A stretch of 64,000 nucleotides of DNA, from NCBI GenBank assembly GCA_009929315.1, contig SAAS01000009.1, positions 95 to 64,094 on the forward strand, in the 5' to 3' direction. The number at the start of each line of letters is the position of its first letter. The first letter of the stretch is position 1. Below, piece after piece: positions 46,925-56,561 of the stretch. Under the pieces are notes generated by a model. The model searched no databases and was not told the origin of the DNA. It saw nothing but the letters and a program-made list of their open reading frames with translations. Source of the stretch: Clostridia bacterium. GTDB lineage: Bacteria > Bacillota > Clostridia > Oscillospirales > Oscillospiraceae. Position numbers and translations under genes: made by a program.

Positions 46925-48145
46925 TTATTCGCCTGCCGAGCTTATCTGCAAAACTTCAAACTTCTGTTTATTAAGATTGAAGGATTTTATGTAGGCCATT
47001 TTCTTTTCCGATTCTCCTTTTTCGTCAAAGGAAATGCTGCCGGTTATTCCCTGATAGGTAATCGCTGTCAGCGATTGAATTATTGCGCTCGGGTCACCTG
47101 AGCCTGCGTTTTTAATTGCGGCGACTAAGAGCATGTAGCTGTCATAAGCCAGCGCAGAGGAGGACGAGCAGTAGCTGTTTCCGCCGTTGTCGGCAATTCG
47201 TTGTGAATCACTCTCAATCCATGAACTGAAGTTGCCGGCAAACTCTGACGCGACAGGGTCGGCGTCATCGCCGGAGTTAAACTCACTGGCAAAATAGACG
47301 TCGTTTGCGGTGAAGCTTAAATTGTTCAGAAGCAGAGCCGAATCCCATGTTTCAGAGCCGAGAATCGGGCATAAAAGCCCTTCGCCTCTCGCCTGATTGA
47401 TAAAATACCCCGCCTCCGGTGAGCCTGAGAGCATATAAACAAAGTCGGCTTCGCTATCCAGAATTTCTTTGGCAAGGGCGCGGAAATTCTCCTGACCTGA
47501 TTGGAACGAGAGCTCCGTCACTTCCCCGCCGAGCTTTGAAAACGCCTCTGAAAAGGTCTTTCCCGCAGCTTTGGAATAGGCATCTCCTGTCTGAGTAAGC
47601 ACAACAGCATGTTCGAGATTCATGCTTTTTGCAAGATTTGACATGATTCCGCTCTGAAAGCTGTCAGTGAAGCACATGCGAAAATAGTTGGCGCTGTCTT
47701 TAGTTGCGGATTGACTGGCGCAGGACACGCCTATGAGCGGAAGGCTCTTACCGGAAAACACAAGGCTCCCGGCTGCTGTTTGGGCTGAGCCGTAGGAACC
47801 TATCACGGCGCAAACCTTCGACTTTGAGAGAGCTATTGCCGCAGGTGCGGAATCGACCTCGTCTGCGGAGCTGTCGCTTTCGACAAGTTTAATATTATAT
47901 GTTGTACCGTTAATTTCGACAGTCGGACAAACGGAATTAGCATAGCGAACACCAAGCGCCTCGCTTAAGCCGCCCTGAGCGTTATCCCCGGTTAAGGGTT
48001 CGTAAAGACCGATATAAATCGTATTTTTGTTTTCGGTATCCTCGCCGAATGCGCTGATTTTATCTCTGTTGCCGAGATAAGCGAAGATAATAAAAACAGC
48101 GGCTACAAGGCATAAAGATAACAGCGTCCAAAATAGTTTTTTCAT
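46925..48145 (-). CDS. ABC-type substrate-binding protein (LivJ/type-1 periplasmic-binding-fold-like), membrane-anchored
   Basis: N-terminal anchor MKKLFWTLLSLCLVAAVFIIF and an alternating alpha/beta pattern resembling branched-chain amino-acid binding proteins. No permease genes are adjacent. Confidence 0.65.
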   Translation of the reverse strand: MKKLFWTLLSLCLVAAVFIIFAYLGNRDKISAFGEDTENKNTIYIGLYEPLTGDNAQGGLSEALGVRYANSVCPTVEINGTTYNIKLVESDSSADEVDSAPAAIALSKSKVCAVIGSYGSAQTAAGSLVFSGKSLPLIGVSCASQSATKDSANYFRMCFTDSFQSGIMSNLAKSMNLEHAVVLTQTGDAYSKAAGKTFSEAFSKLGGEVTELSFQSGQENFRALAKEILDSEADFVYMLSGSPEAGYFINQARGEGLLCPILGSETWDSALLLNNLSFTANDVYFASEFNSGDDADPVASEFAGNFSSWIESDSQRIADNGGNSYCSSSSALAYDSYMLLVAAIKNAGSGDPSAIIQSLTAITYQGITGSISFDEKGESEKKMAYIKSFNLNKQKFEVLQISSAGE

Positions 48146-48293
48146 TCAAACTCCGATAGAATATATAATAGACTCAAGGAAAATGCTTCAGTCATACTAT
48201 AACAGAATATCCTTAAAATCAAGTTCTCTCAGGAAAATTGAGCGATTTCGATAAAGCACCGTCGCGGTATTTGGGCTAAAACTCAATAATTCG

Positions 48294-49478
48294 TCAAAGC
48301 ATTTTCGGACTTGTGCGGTAGTCTCCGCCGCCCCTGCGCTCCTCGAGCGCGGAATAGCCGAGAACATAGAGGTCGTGGGCGCGGCTTCCGAGATCGAATA
48401 CTTCCCTGCACCTACTTGACATATCCTTCACAACGGCGGGCTTTGTAATAACGGGAATTGAGGACTTTTCGGCTATTGTATTCAGAACGCCGCGCCCGAC
48501 TTCGTTTGCCGCCAAAACACGGGCATAAGGCGGAAGCCCGTCAGCCTGCCCTTTTTTTATACCAAGCGCGAGGCACATGCACATTCTCCTTATACGCGAA
48601 AGAGCATATCGTTTTGATTTTGCCGCAGCAATAATTCCGTCAAGCGTTGATTCCTCATGCGCAGCGACGAAAAGACGGTTTCCGAGGCCCTCCGAATCGT
48701 CGGGAAGCTCTTTGACCGCCTGCTCATCCATCATACGAAAGCGAGATATAACGGCGCGTTCGAGTTCCTCCATGAGGACCGGTCCCCTGCCCTGCTCAAT
48801 TTCACGGTTGAATATCTCATAAGCGGGCTTGGGAACAAAGTGTTTGATTGGTTTGCCGATGGCAAGCATGTTGCGAATATCAGAGGCGGAGCCTCCCTCC
48901 TCGTCATGCCCAGCTCCGATACGGGCGATGGTTATCGGCTCAAGGCGCAGACGTTGAGTATATATCGCCTTAAGGTACTCAACCGCGAGTATATTATTCG
49001 GAGTTTCAAGCTGTTCGGCAAGACCCCCAATGCTTTTATAAAGTGCGCTTTGCCGAGCCTGAGCGTATGAAACTCCCGATTTCAGCTCTTCCTTAATTTC
49101 GGCATCCATTGCAGGGTCCAAAAGCGCGGTAGCCAGCGAATTTAATATTGCCATGTCCCCGCACTCGCTGCCGAAACCGAGATAGTCGACACAGCCAAGC
49201 TCTCCCAAAAGCCCCACAGCGCCCCTTGAAAAGCCCTCCGCCGAGGAAAGTGCCCAGGGCAGCGGAAGCTCCAATACCAAATCCGCACCCGATTTTACAG
49301 CGGCCTCTGCTCTGGCAAATTTTGAAAAAATCGCTGCCTCGCCTCTCTGAACAAAGTCGCCGGACATGACGCAGACAGTTGCTGTATCGCGGTCGATAAG
49401 CTTTTTATTCTCCTGAATATGCAACAGATGTCCGTTATGAAAAGGATTATATTCCGCAACAATTCCTAAAATCTTCAT
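48294..49478 (-). CDS. tmcAL: tRNA(Met) cytidine acetate ligase TmcAL (YlbM/UPF0348 nucleotidyltransferase)
   Basis: MKILGIVAEYNPFHNGHLLH (HxGH nucleotidyltransferase motif). Start at the ATG at 49478 behind AAGGAG. Confidence 0.8.
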   Translation of the reverse strand: MKILGIVAEYNPFHNGHLLHIQENKKLIDRDTATVCVMSGDFVQRGEAAIFSKFARAEAAVKSGADLVLELPLPWALSSAEGFSRGAVGLLGELGCVDYLGFGSECGDMAILNSLATALLDPAMDAEIKEELKSGVSYAQARQSALYKSIGGLAEQLETPNNILAVEYLKAIYTQRLRLEPITIARIGAGHDEEGGSASDIRNMLAIGKPIKHFVPKPAYEIFNREIEQGRGPVLMEELERAVISRFRMMDEQAVKELPDDSEGLGNRLFVAAHEESTLDGIIAAAKSKRYALSRIRRMCMCLALGIKKGQADGLPPYARVLAANEVGRGVLNTIAEKSSIPVITKPAVVKDMSSRCREVFDLGSRAHDLYVLGYSALEERRGGGDYRTSPKML

Positions 49479-49645
49479 TTTAGCTCCTTTGTGCAAAAAT
49501 TATTAGTAATACACGCAAATAAATACCGAAAAGGCTTGATTTTTTGTATTTAATGGGATTAAAATGACTAGGTGTGTAATTTTCTGAATTTTATTATATA
49601 TTACATGCTTTTACCTCAGATTACAAGAAAGAAAGGGTTACTGGA

Positions 49646-50845
49646 ATGAAGATTTTGGTCATAAACGCGGGAAGTTCATCTTTGAAGTATCAGCTTTTTG
49701 ATATGGACGGTGAAAAAGTATTGGCAAAGGGGCTCTGTGAGCGCATCGGAATCGACGGTCACTTAAAGCATAGTCCTCTTGTCGAAGGAAAAATGGTATT
49801 TGATGAGGACATCAATCTTCCCACTCACGCGGAGGCAATTGCCGCCGTTATAGATAAGCTGACATCCGCGGAATACGGCGTTGTCGCCTCCATGTCCGAA
49901 ATCAACGCAGTTGGTCACCGTGTCGTTCACGGCGGTGAGTTTTTCTCCTCCTCCGTGCTTATTACGGATGATGTTATGCAGGCAATAAACAAATGTGTTC
50001 CGCTTGCTCCTCTCCACAACCCCGCGAATATAACGGGAATAAACGCTTGCATCAAGGTCATGGGCGAAAAGGTTCCTCAGATTGCGGTGTTTGATACGGC
50101 TTACCACCAGACTATGCCCTCAAAGGCCTTCACCTACGCTATTCCCAAGGAATATTACGAAAACGACAAAATCCGCCGCTACGGCTTCCACGGAACAAGC
50201 CACCGTTATGTAGCGGGACGCGCCGCTGCTCTGCTCGGAAAGCCTGCTGACGAGCTTAAGCTTATCTCCTGCCACATGGGCAACGGCAGCTCTATATGCG
50301 CTATTGAAAACGGAAAGAGCGTTGACACCTCAATGGGATTCACTCCGCTTGAGGGACTCCCCATGGGAACTCGCTGCGGCGACCTTGACAGCGGCGTTCT
50401 GCAATATCTCATGAACAAATACGGCTACACCATCGATCAGATGATGAATATTCTCAATAAAAAGTCCGGTGTGCTCGGCGTTTCCGGCATTTCCAGCGAC
50501 TTCCGTGACCTTGACAATGCCGCAGCCGAAGGCAACAAGGACGCAAGACTCGCGCTGGATCTGTTCCACTATGAAGTGGCAAAGGTAGTCGGCTCCTACT
50601 GCGCGGCTATGAACGGCGTTGACGCCATTATATTCACAGCCGGAATCGGTGAAAACAGCAAGGGAACCAGAGCCGCTATCTGTGATTACTTCACTTATCT
50701 CGGCTGTAAGCTTGACCCCGAGGCAAACTCAAAGCGCGGCGAAGAAATCGTGATTTCCACTCCCGAGAGCAAAGTTAAACTTCTTGTAATTCCGACAAAT
50801 GAGGAACTGGTCATAGCAAGGGATACCGAACAGCTCGTTAAATAA
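49646..50845 (+). CDS. ackA: acetate kinase
   Basis: MKILVINAGSSSLKYQLF, GHRVVHGG and FTAGIGENS motifs. Confidence 0.95.
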   Translation: MKILVINAGSSSLKYQLFDMDGEKVLAKGLCERIGIDGHLKHSPLVEGKMVFDEDINLPTHAEAIAAVIDKLTSAEYGVVASMSEINAVGHRVVHGGEFFSSSVLITDDVMQAINKCVPLAPLHNPANITGINACIKVMGEKVPQIAVFDTAYHQTMPSKAFTYAIPKEYYENDKIRRYGFHGTSHRYVAGRAAALLGKPADELKLISCHMGNGSSICAIENGKSVDTSMGFTPLEGLPMGTRCGDLDSGVLQYLMNKYGYTIDQMMNILNKKSGVLGVSGISSDFRDLDNAAAEGNKDARLALDLFHYEVAKVVGSYCAAMNGVDAIIFTAGIGENSKGTRAAICDYFTYLGCKLDPEANSKRGEEIVISTPESKVKLLVIPTNEELVIARDTEQLVK

Positions 50846-50941
50846 TAACAAATACCCGTCGACGCAGTTCGACGGGTATTATATAAAAAGGGGAAGCTTC
50901 AAACACTTGAAGCTTCCCCTTTTTATAAGCGTGCTTTGGAC

Positions 50942-51949
50942 TTATGCCTTGAGCTTTTTAATCTCAGCCGTAAGAACCGGGAGAATCTCAAACAAATCGC
51001 CTACGATTGCGTAATCCGCAACATTAAATATCGGCGCGGTTTCGTCCTTGTTTATGGCGATTATGGTCTTGGAACTGCTCATGCCGGCGACGTGCTGAAT
51101 AGCACCGGAAATTCCGCAAGCGATATAGAGCTTGGGACCGACAGTTTTACCGGTCTGACCGACCTGATGTGAATGACCTATCCAGCCGGCGTCAACGGCG
51201 GCACGGGAAGCGCCGACAGTAGCGCCGAGAACTTCTGCAAGCTCACGAATGGGCTTAAAGCCTTCGGGTCCGCCGACACCGCGACCGCCGGAAACGATAA
51301 TTTCAGCGCCTTCAAGGTCGACAAGCTCGCCGGCGGCTTCGTGAATAACTTCAAGAAGCGCTGTGCGGATTTCGGCGGCATCAACATGGATGTCTTCCTT
51401 GATGACTTCGGACTTGCGAGCTTCGTCAGCTGCTGCCTTCTTGAAAACACCGGGGCGAACGGTTCCGATTTGTGGACGGTTATCGGGGCAAAGAATGGTT
51501 GCCATAAGGTTGCCGCCGAAAGCAGGACGTGTCCATGCGACATTGCCGGATTCCTCATCAATTGCAAGCTGTGTGCAGTCTGCGGTTAAACCTGTCTTTA
51601 AGCGGCAGGAAAGACGGGGTCCGAGGTCGCGTCCGTTGTTTGTAGCGCCGATGAGTATGCTTGTGGGAGCATACTTCTCAACGAGTGTGTAAAACGCCTT
51701 GCAGTAAGCGTCGGTTGTGTAATGCTCATATTCCTTGCCGTCAACGACAATGACGGTATCCGCACCGTAAGCTGTTGCGGCCTTGACTGACTCATCGACT
51801 GCACTGCCGATGACAATGCCGACGAGCTTTCCGCCCTGCTTTTCAGCAAGAGCGCGTCCGGCGGCGAGGAGCTCCAAGCCGACGTTTTTCGCGGTTCCGT
51901 TATCATTGGTTTCAATGAATACCCATAAATCTTTGGTTTTCGCTTCCAT
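50942..51949 (-). CDS. etfA: electron transfer flavoprotein subunit alpha
   Basis: C-terminal FAD-binding pattern (IVSGGRG...YIACGISGAIQH..G) and its position after etfB. Confidence 0.9.
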   Translation of the reverse strand: MEAKTKDLWVFIETNDNGTAKNVGLELLAAGRALAEKQGGKLVGIVIGSAVDESVKAATAYGADTVIVVDGKEYEHYTTDAYCKAFYTLVEKYAPTSILIGATNNGRDLGPRLSCRLKTGLTADCTQLAIDEESGNVAWTRPAFGGNLMATILCPDNRPQIGTVRPGVFKKAAADEARKSEVIKEDIHVDAAEIRTALLEVIHEAAGELVDLEGAEIIVSGGRGVGGPEGFKPIRELAEVLGATVGASRAAVDAGWIGHSHQVGQTGKTVGPKLYIACGISGAIQHVAGMSSSKTIIAINKDETAPIFNVADYAIVGDLFEILPVLTAEIKKLKA

Positions 51950-51964
51950 TTTCAGTTACCCCCC

Positions 51965-52768
51965 TTAAATGATGCCGTCAGCAACAAGCATTGCAAAGAG
52001 CTTCTTTGCCGTTGCTTCATTGCTGTCTTCGTGAATCTTAACGCCGCCGCTTTTTACGGGAGGTGTAAAGGTCTTCTTAACCTTCGTGGGGGAGCCCTTC
52101 AGACCGATTCTCTCTCTGTCAATGTCGGGCATGTCGTCGCAGATAATAACGCCGATTTCAGCACGGTTTGCTGCCATCTTGGACTTGATGGTGGGATAGC
52201 GGGGATCAAAAGAGGGCTTGGTCACGGTTACAACGCAGGGCATATTAACGCCGATGAGCTCAAAGCCTTCTTCAACTTCTTTTTTAACCTTAACTTTGCC
52301 GTCCGCTGCGGAGGCTTCGACGGCATAAGTTACCTGAGGCAGATCAAGGTGCTCTGCAATTTCGGGACCGACCTGAGCCGTGTCACCGTCGATTGCCTGC
52401 TTGCCGCAGAAGATGATGTCAAATTTACCTTCGGTCTTCTCAAGGTTCTTGATTGCGGAGGAAAGTATGTAACTCGTTGCGAGCGTATCGGAGCCGCCGA
52501 AGCAACGATCGGTCACAAGATAAGCCTTGTCGCCGCCGACTGCAAGACATTCTTTAAGAGCGTTCTTTGCCTGCTCGGGTCCCATCGAAAGCACGACAAT
52601 GCGAGAGGACGGGTCGGTGTCCTTTATTCTTGCGGCAATTTCCAGAGCATAGGCGTCAAAGGGATTGACTATGCTGGGAACGCCGTCACGAATAAGGGTG
52701 TTCTTAACGGGGTCTATCCTGATTTCCGTGGTGTCAGGTACCTGTTTGATACAAACAAGCATGTTCAT
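51965..52768 (-). CDS. etfB: electron transfer flavoprotein subunit beta
   Basis: LVCIKQVPD N-terminus and the typical EtfB length. Confidence 0.9.
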   Translation of the reverse strand: MNMLVCIKQVPDTTEIRIDPVKNTLIRDGVPSIVNPFDAYALEIAARIKDTDPSSRIVVLSMGPEQAKNALKECLAVGGDKAYLVTDRCFGGSDTLATSYILSSAIKNLEKTEGKFDIIFCGKQAIDGDTAQVGPEIAEHLDLPQVTYAVEASAADGKVKVKKEVEEGFELIGVNMPCVVTVTKPSFDPRYPTIKSKMAANRAEIGVIICDDMPDIDRERIGLKGSPTKVKKTFTPPVKSGGVKIHEDSNEATAKKLFAMLVADGII

Positions 52769-53028
52769 GATAGGTATTCCTTCTTTCCAATTTATTGCTT
52801 TTCCGAATGCTTAAGTCCTAAGCAGATTTCTGCAAAAGACAGAACATATAATTAGTGTCGAGCTAAATGAACGACTGCGAATCCACAACTTTTAATTATA
52901 CATACTAAAAAATATATGTCAACATATAAAGACTTTTCATGCATAAATTAGTCGATATTCAGTCGTAAAAGGCTGTAATATGAATATTATTGGAGTTATT
53001 CGTATTTTTCAGCCTTGCTTACGCTTAT

Positions 53029-53067
53029 AGAAAAAGTCCGCACAGACACTATGTGTTTATGCGGACT
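53029..53067 (-). terminator. rho-independent terminator between the acyl-CoA dehydrogenase gene and etfB
   Basis: AGTCCGCA...TGCGGACT stem with a U-run on the minus strand. Confidence 0.6.
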
Positions 53068-53139
53068 CAATGCTGAAAAAACTACTTCAACCGCAGAAGC
53101 ATATCTGAGCTGTTTGCTTAATATAAATAGTAGCGGTGC

Positions 53140-54300
53140 TTACATTAAGCCGGATGCTTTAAGCAGAGCCTTAACAATAACCATACGCTGAATCTGATTG
53201 GTTCCTTCGTAGATTGTGGCAATCTTGGAGTTTCTGAATATAATCTCAATCGGATACTCTTTGCTGTAGCCATTGCCGCCGTGAATCTGTATGGCGTCCT
53301 CAGCAGTTTTAACAAAGGACTCGGAAGAGAAGGTCTTTGAAGCGGAGGAAAGTGCGCTGTCGATAACTCCGGCGTCAATTCCGGCTGCAACCTTGTAAGC
53401 AAGGGCGCGAGCGGCTTCATAGCGTACTTCCATGTCGGCGATCATAAACTGGATAGCCTGGTTCTGGAGAATGGGCTGACCAAAGGTTACGCGTGTTGCG
53501 GCGTACTCGATGCACTTATCGATGCAGCTCTTCATAGCACCGCAGCAGGCAGCGCCGACGCCCGCGGGACGGGTAATGTCGAAGGTGCTCATAGCAATCT
53601 TGAAGCCAGCGCCTTCCTTACCAACAAGGTGGTCGGCAGGGATACGTACGTTTTCGAAGATGACTTCGCAAGTGTTGGAAAGACGGATGCCCATCTTGTC
53701 CTCTTCCTTGCCGCAGGAAATGCCGGGACGGCTGCGCTCAACGATGAAGCAGGACATTCCGCGTGCGCCGGCACTCATGTCGGTCATCGCAAAGACTGTG
53801 TAGATGCTTGCGTTGCCGCCGTTTGTAATGAAGGCCTTGGTGCCGTTTAAGACATACTCGTCGCCGTCTTTAACAGCGGTTGTGCGCAGAGCGCCGACAT
53901 CGGAGCCGGCGTCAGCCTCGGTAAGGCAGAAAGCGGAAAGTCCGCCAGCAAGGATGAAGTCTGCATACATCTGCTTCTGAGTGTCTGTTCCGAAAAGCTT
54001 AATCGGTGTGTAGCAAAGACCGCAGGCGCCGATTGTGGTTGCAAAGCCGACGTCCTGATAGCTGATTTCTTCAAGAACGAGAGAGTTTGTTACTTCGCCC
54101 ATTCCGCCGCCGCCGACGGATTCCGGCAGAGTTATGCTGGTAAGACCCATATCTGCGCACTTCTTAACGATGTCCATCGGAACTTCGTTCTTTTCGTCAC
54201 ATTCCTTGATTCTTTCCCAAGTCAGTTCCTTGCGGATAAAGTCGCGTGTCATTAGCTGAATGTCAATTTGGTCCGGGGTTAAGCCGAAGTCTTCCTTCAT
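53140..54300 (-). CDS. acyl-CoA dehydrogenase (butyryl-CoA dehydrogenase-like)
   Basis: ACAD pattern (LTE...GSD, QIHGG.GY..EYP.E...R...I..IYEGT..IQ). Start at the ATG at 54300 behind AAGGAG. Confidence 0.9.
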   Translation of the reverse strand: MKEDFGLTPDQIDIQLMTRDFIRKELTWERIKECDEKNEVPMDIVKKCADMGLTSITLPESVGGGGMGEVTNSLVLEEISYQDVGFATTIGACGLCYTPIKLFGTDTQKQMYADFILAGGLSAFCLTEADAGSDVGALRTTAVKDGDEYVLNGTKAFITNGGNASIYTVFAMTDMSAGARGMSCFIVERSRPGISCGKEEDKMGIRLSNTCEVIFENVRIPADHLVGKEGAGFKIAMSTFDITRPAGVGAACCGAMKSCIDKCIEYAATRVTFGQPILQNQAIQFMIADMEVRYEAARALAYKVAAGIDAGVIDSALSSASKTFSSESFVKTAEDAIQIHGGNGYSKEYPIEIIFRNSKIATIYEGTNQIQRMVIVKALLKASGLM

Positions 54301-54455
54301 GATTTTTGTCTCCTTTTTAATTGTGTTTGCTGATACGTTTACTCCTCCCGTCTTAGAAATAAGACATAAACGCATCGCACTTATAATCGTGAGCAGCAGG
54401 TTTTTTTATTCACTGTGTTGCACGGGCAAAAGCTACGTTCGCCAAATAATAAACA

Positions 54456-54473
54456 ATGTTAAAAACTTGACAG
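54456..54473. promoter_or_regulatory. candidate Rex operator upstream of the acyl-CoA dehydrogenase gene
   Basis: ATGTTAA-aaac-TTGACAG matches 11 of 14 positions of the clostridial Rex consensus TTGTTAA-N4-TTAACAA. It lies 156-173 nt upstream of the start codon. Confidence 0.35.
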
Positions 54474-54768
54474 ACCACATTTGAGCTAATTATACTTCAT
54501 TAATGGCGTTTTTGCAATGGCTTTATCCGAAAATTGCATATTTTTTGACTGTTAAAATACCTTAATATTAGAAAGAAAACTGCCAATTATTTATTTAATA
54601 TGCCATCAGATTTATTCCGAATATTCTATATTTTTCGTCATGCTGTTTTTATGAACAAAGAAGTCCCAATATTTTCTTGACAGCAGACAATGAAGTATGA
54701 GAAAATTATTAAAGTATAGTCGATTTATGTAAATTAATATCGCAAAAACAATATCAGGAGGGATTATT

Positions 54769-56490
54769 ATGGCATTCTGTACCGAATGTGGGTTTAAGCT
54801 TCCCGATGACGCGGTTTTTTGCCCGAATTGCGGCACATCAATGACTGCTTCCGCAAAAAAAACAGCTGCTCCAAGTGAAATTCCACCGGAACAACCTTCA
54901 GAGCTTAACTATTCGGCGCCCGAAATCGCAAATTCCCCCGTTGAGCCAAAAGAAGAAGCTCCCCAGTTCCAAGCAAGCGGTGTTTATGTTTCGCCGGCTC
55001 CACAGATGAACCCTGTTCCGCCCGCCGCGGCAGCTTATGTTCCTCCTTCGGCGGGGGTTTATAATCCTCCCCCTGTCGGTTCTTATGCCCCTCCTCCGCC
55101 TCCCCCGCAGTATCAGGGCGGTTATCCTCCCCAGCCTCAGAATCAATATCAGCAGCCTAACGCTTACGGCTATGCTCCCTATCAGGGCGGGGCCGGGGTT
55201 AACACTATGCCTCCAAAAAAGAGCAAGGGCGGTTTAATTGCAATTATCTCCGTCGCTGCGGTGCTTGTTATTGCTGTTGCTCTGATACTGATACTTAAGC
55301 CTTTCGGTAGTCCCTATGTAGGCTATTGGGAGAGTGTAGCGGCAGATATAGGTGACGGCGTTGTTTCCGAAGATTATTACGGAATTAATATTAAAGGCGC
55401 CATAGGAATGCAGATTAACAGCGACGGTTCTGCCTATCTGGCCAACGCTTATGAAACTGCGATTGATGAAGCTACATGGGAAGAAACTGACGACGGAATC
55501 GTCATAACAAATGACGCTGGCGATTCATATTTAAGCATGGAAGACGGTCAGCTCGTTTTATCAAAGGACGGGGAATACGTATACTTTGAGAAAGCAAAGG
55601 GCGATATTAATAATCCGACGATACCGCACGGCTCGCTTGCGGGTACGGAAGGTCTGGCTGTCGAAGGTGCCGAAACCCAGAACACGAATGTAGCCGGCAG
55701 CGGATATATTGCCAACTCCGATTTCTATATTTCTGTTACCGGAGCCGAGGATATTATTGATGTCGACGGTGACCCCGCAATACGTATTTATTATGATTTT
55801 ACCAATTACTACTATGACCACTATTCCATCTGTCCTTATGACTGTGTCGGCTATTATGCCACGCAGGATGGATCTGATCTCTATGAAACCTATTATGACG
55901 ATACAACGGTCAACAACAGCATGTATAATATTCGACCGGATATAACCATTCAGTGCTGGGTCGAGTTTAAGTGCAACCCCAGCGGCGGAAGTATTGACTT
56001 TGCGATTTATGGTTATGACGAGGGCGAAGCGGGCGGTGTTGTTTATGCAACTTTTGACCCAAACAATTTGCCCGGAGCTCCGACTCCTTATGTTGTAGTT
56101 CCCGTACTCGACCCTCAGTGGACAACGCAGCTCCCCGAAACCGGCGATTTGGACAGTATTTATGTTGAGGTTGGGGACGCGGAGGCGGTTACCGACGCTA
56201 ACGGATATGCGGCTGTAAGGGTTTATTATCAGTTTACGAATAACACTACCTACGACACAAGTTTTTACAACGAAACATATACCTATGCATATCAAGACGG
56301 TATTTCACTTGAAACAACTTATGAAACAGTCGATTCCGACACGGACATAGATTACTATACCACTATATCTCCGGGACAGACGATAACTGTTTCCTGCGTA
56401 TATAAACTGCGCAATCAGACTTCTCCGATAGAGGCTGAGGTTGAGTCCTATTCAGGTGAATCGGCTGTCGGCGCAACCTACTATCCCTAA
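54769..56490 (+). CDS. zinc-ribbon / Pro-Gln-Tyr-rich / single-TM protein with two duplicated extracytoplasmic modules
   Basis: N-terminal CTECG...CPNCG zinc ribbon, a P/Q/Y-rich low-complexity linker, the TM helix GLIAIISVAAVLVIAVALILIL, and two modules that share [IV]R[IV]YY[DQ]FTN. Confidence 0.6.
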   Translation: MAFCTECGFKLPDDAVFCPNCGTSMTASAKKTAAPSEIPPEQPSELNYSAPEIANSPVEPKEEAPQFQASGVYVSPAPQMNPVPPAAAAYVPPSAGVYNPPPVGSYAPPPPPPQYQGGYPPQPQNQYQQPNAYGYAPYQGGAGVNTMPPKKSKGGLIAIISVAAVLVIAVALILILKPFGSPYVGYWESVAADIGDGVVSEDYYGINIKGAIGMQINSDGSAYLANAYETAIDEATWEETDDGIVITNDAGDSYLSMEDGQLVLSKDGEYVYFEKAKGDINNPTIPHGSLAGTEGLAVEGAETQNTNVAGSGYIANSDFYISVTGAEDIIDVDGDPAIRIYYDFTNYYYDHYSICPYDCVGYYATQDGSDLYETYYDDTTVNNSMYNIRPDITIQCWVEFKCNPSGGSIDFAIYGYDEGEAGGVVYATFDPNNLPGAPTPYVVVPVLDPQWTTQLPETGDLDSIYVEVGDAEAVTDANGYAAVRVYYQFTNNTTYDTSFYNETYTYAYQDGISLETTYETVDSDTDIDYYTTISPGQTITVSCVYKLRNQTSPIEAEVESYSGESAVGATYYP

Positions 56491-56561
56491 TATACGGTTA
56501 CATATTAAAGGCGCGGAAGTTTTTCTTCCGCGCCTTTGTTTCTTTATTGTATCTAACAGTA

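Noticed and set aside
52031-52855. 274-aa plus-strand ORF opposite etfB, and the similar ORFs at 51173-51589 and 51178-51567 within etfA
   Set aside because: Shadow ORFs within well-supported ETF genes.
55561-56295. 244-aa minus-strand ORF inside the zinc-ribbon membrane protein gene
   Set aside because: The plus-strand frame has a start with an SD (AGGAGG), zinc ribbon, TM helix and internal domain duplication. The antisense frame has none of these.
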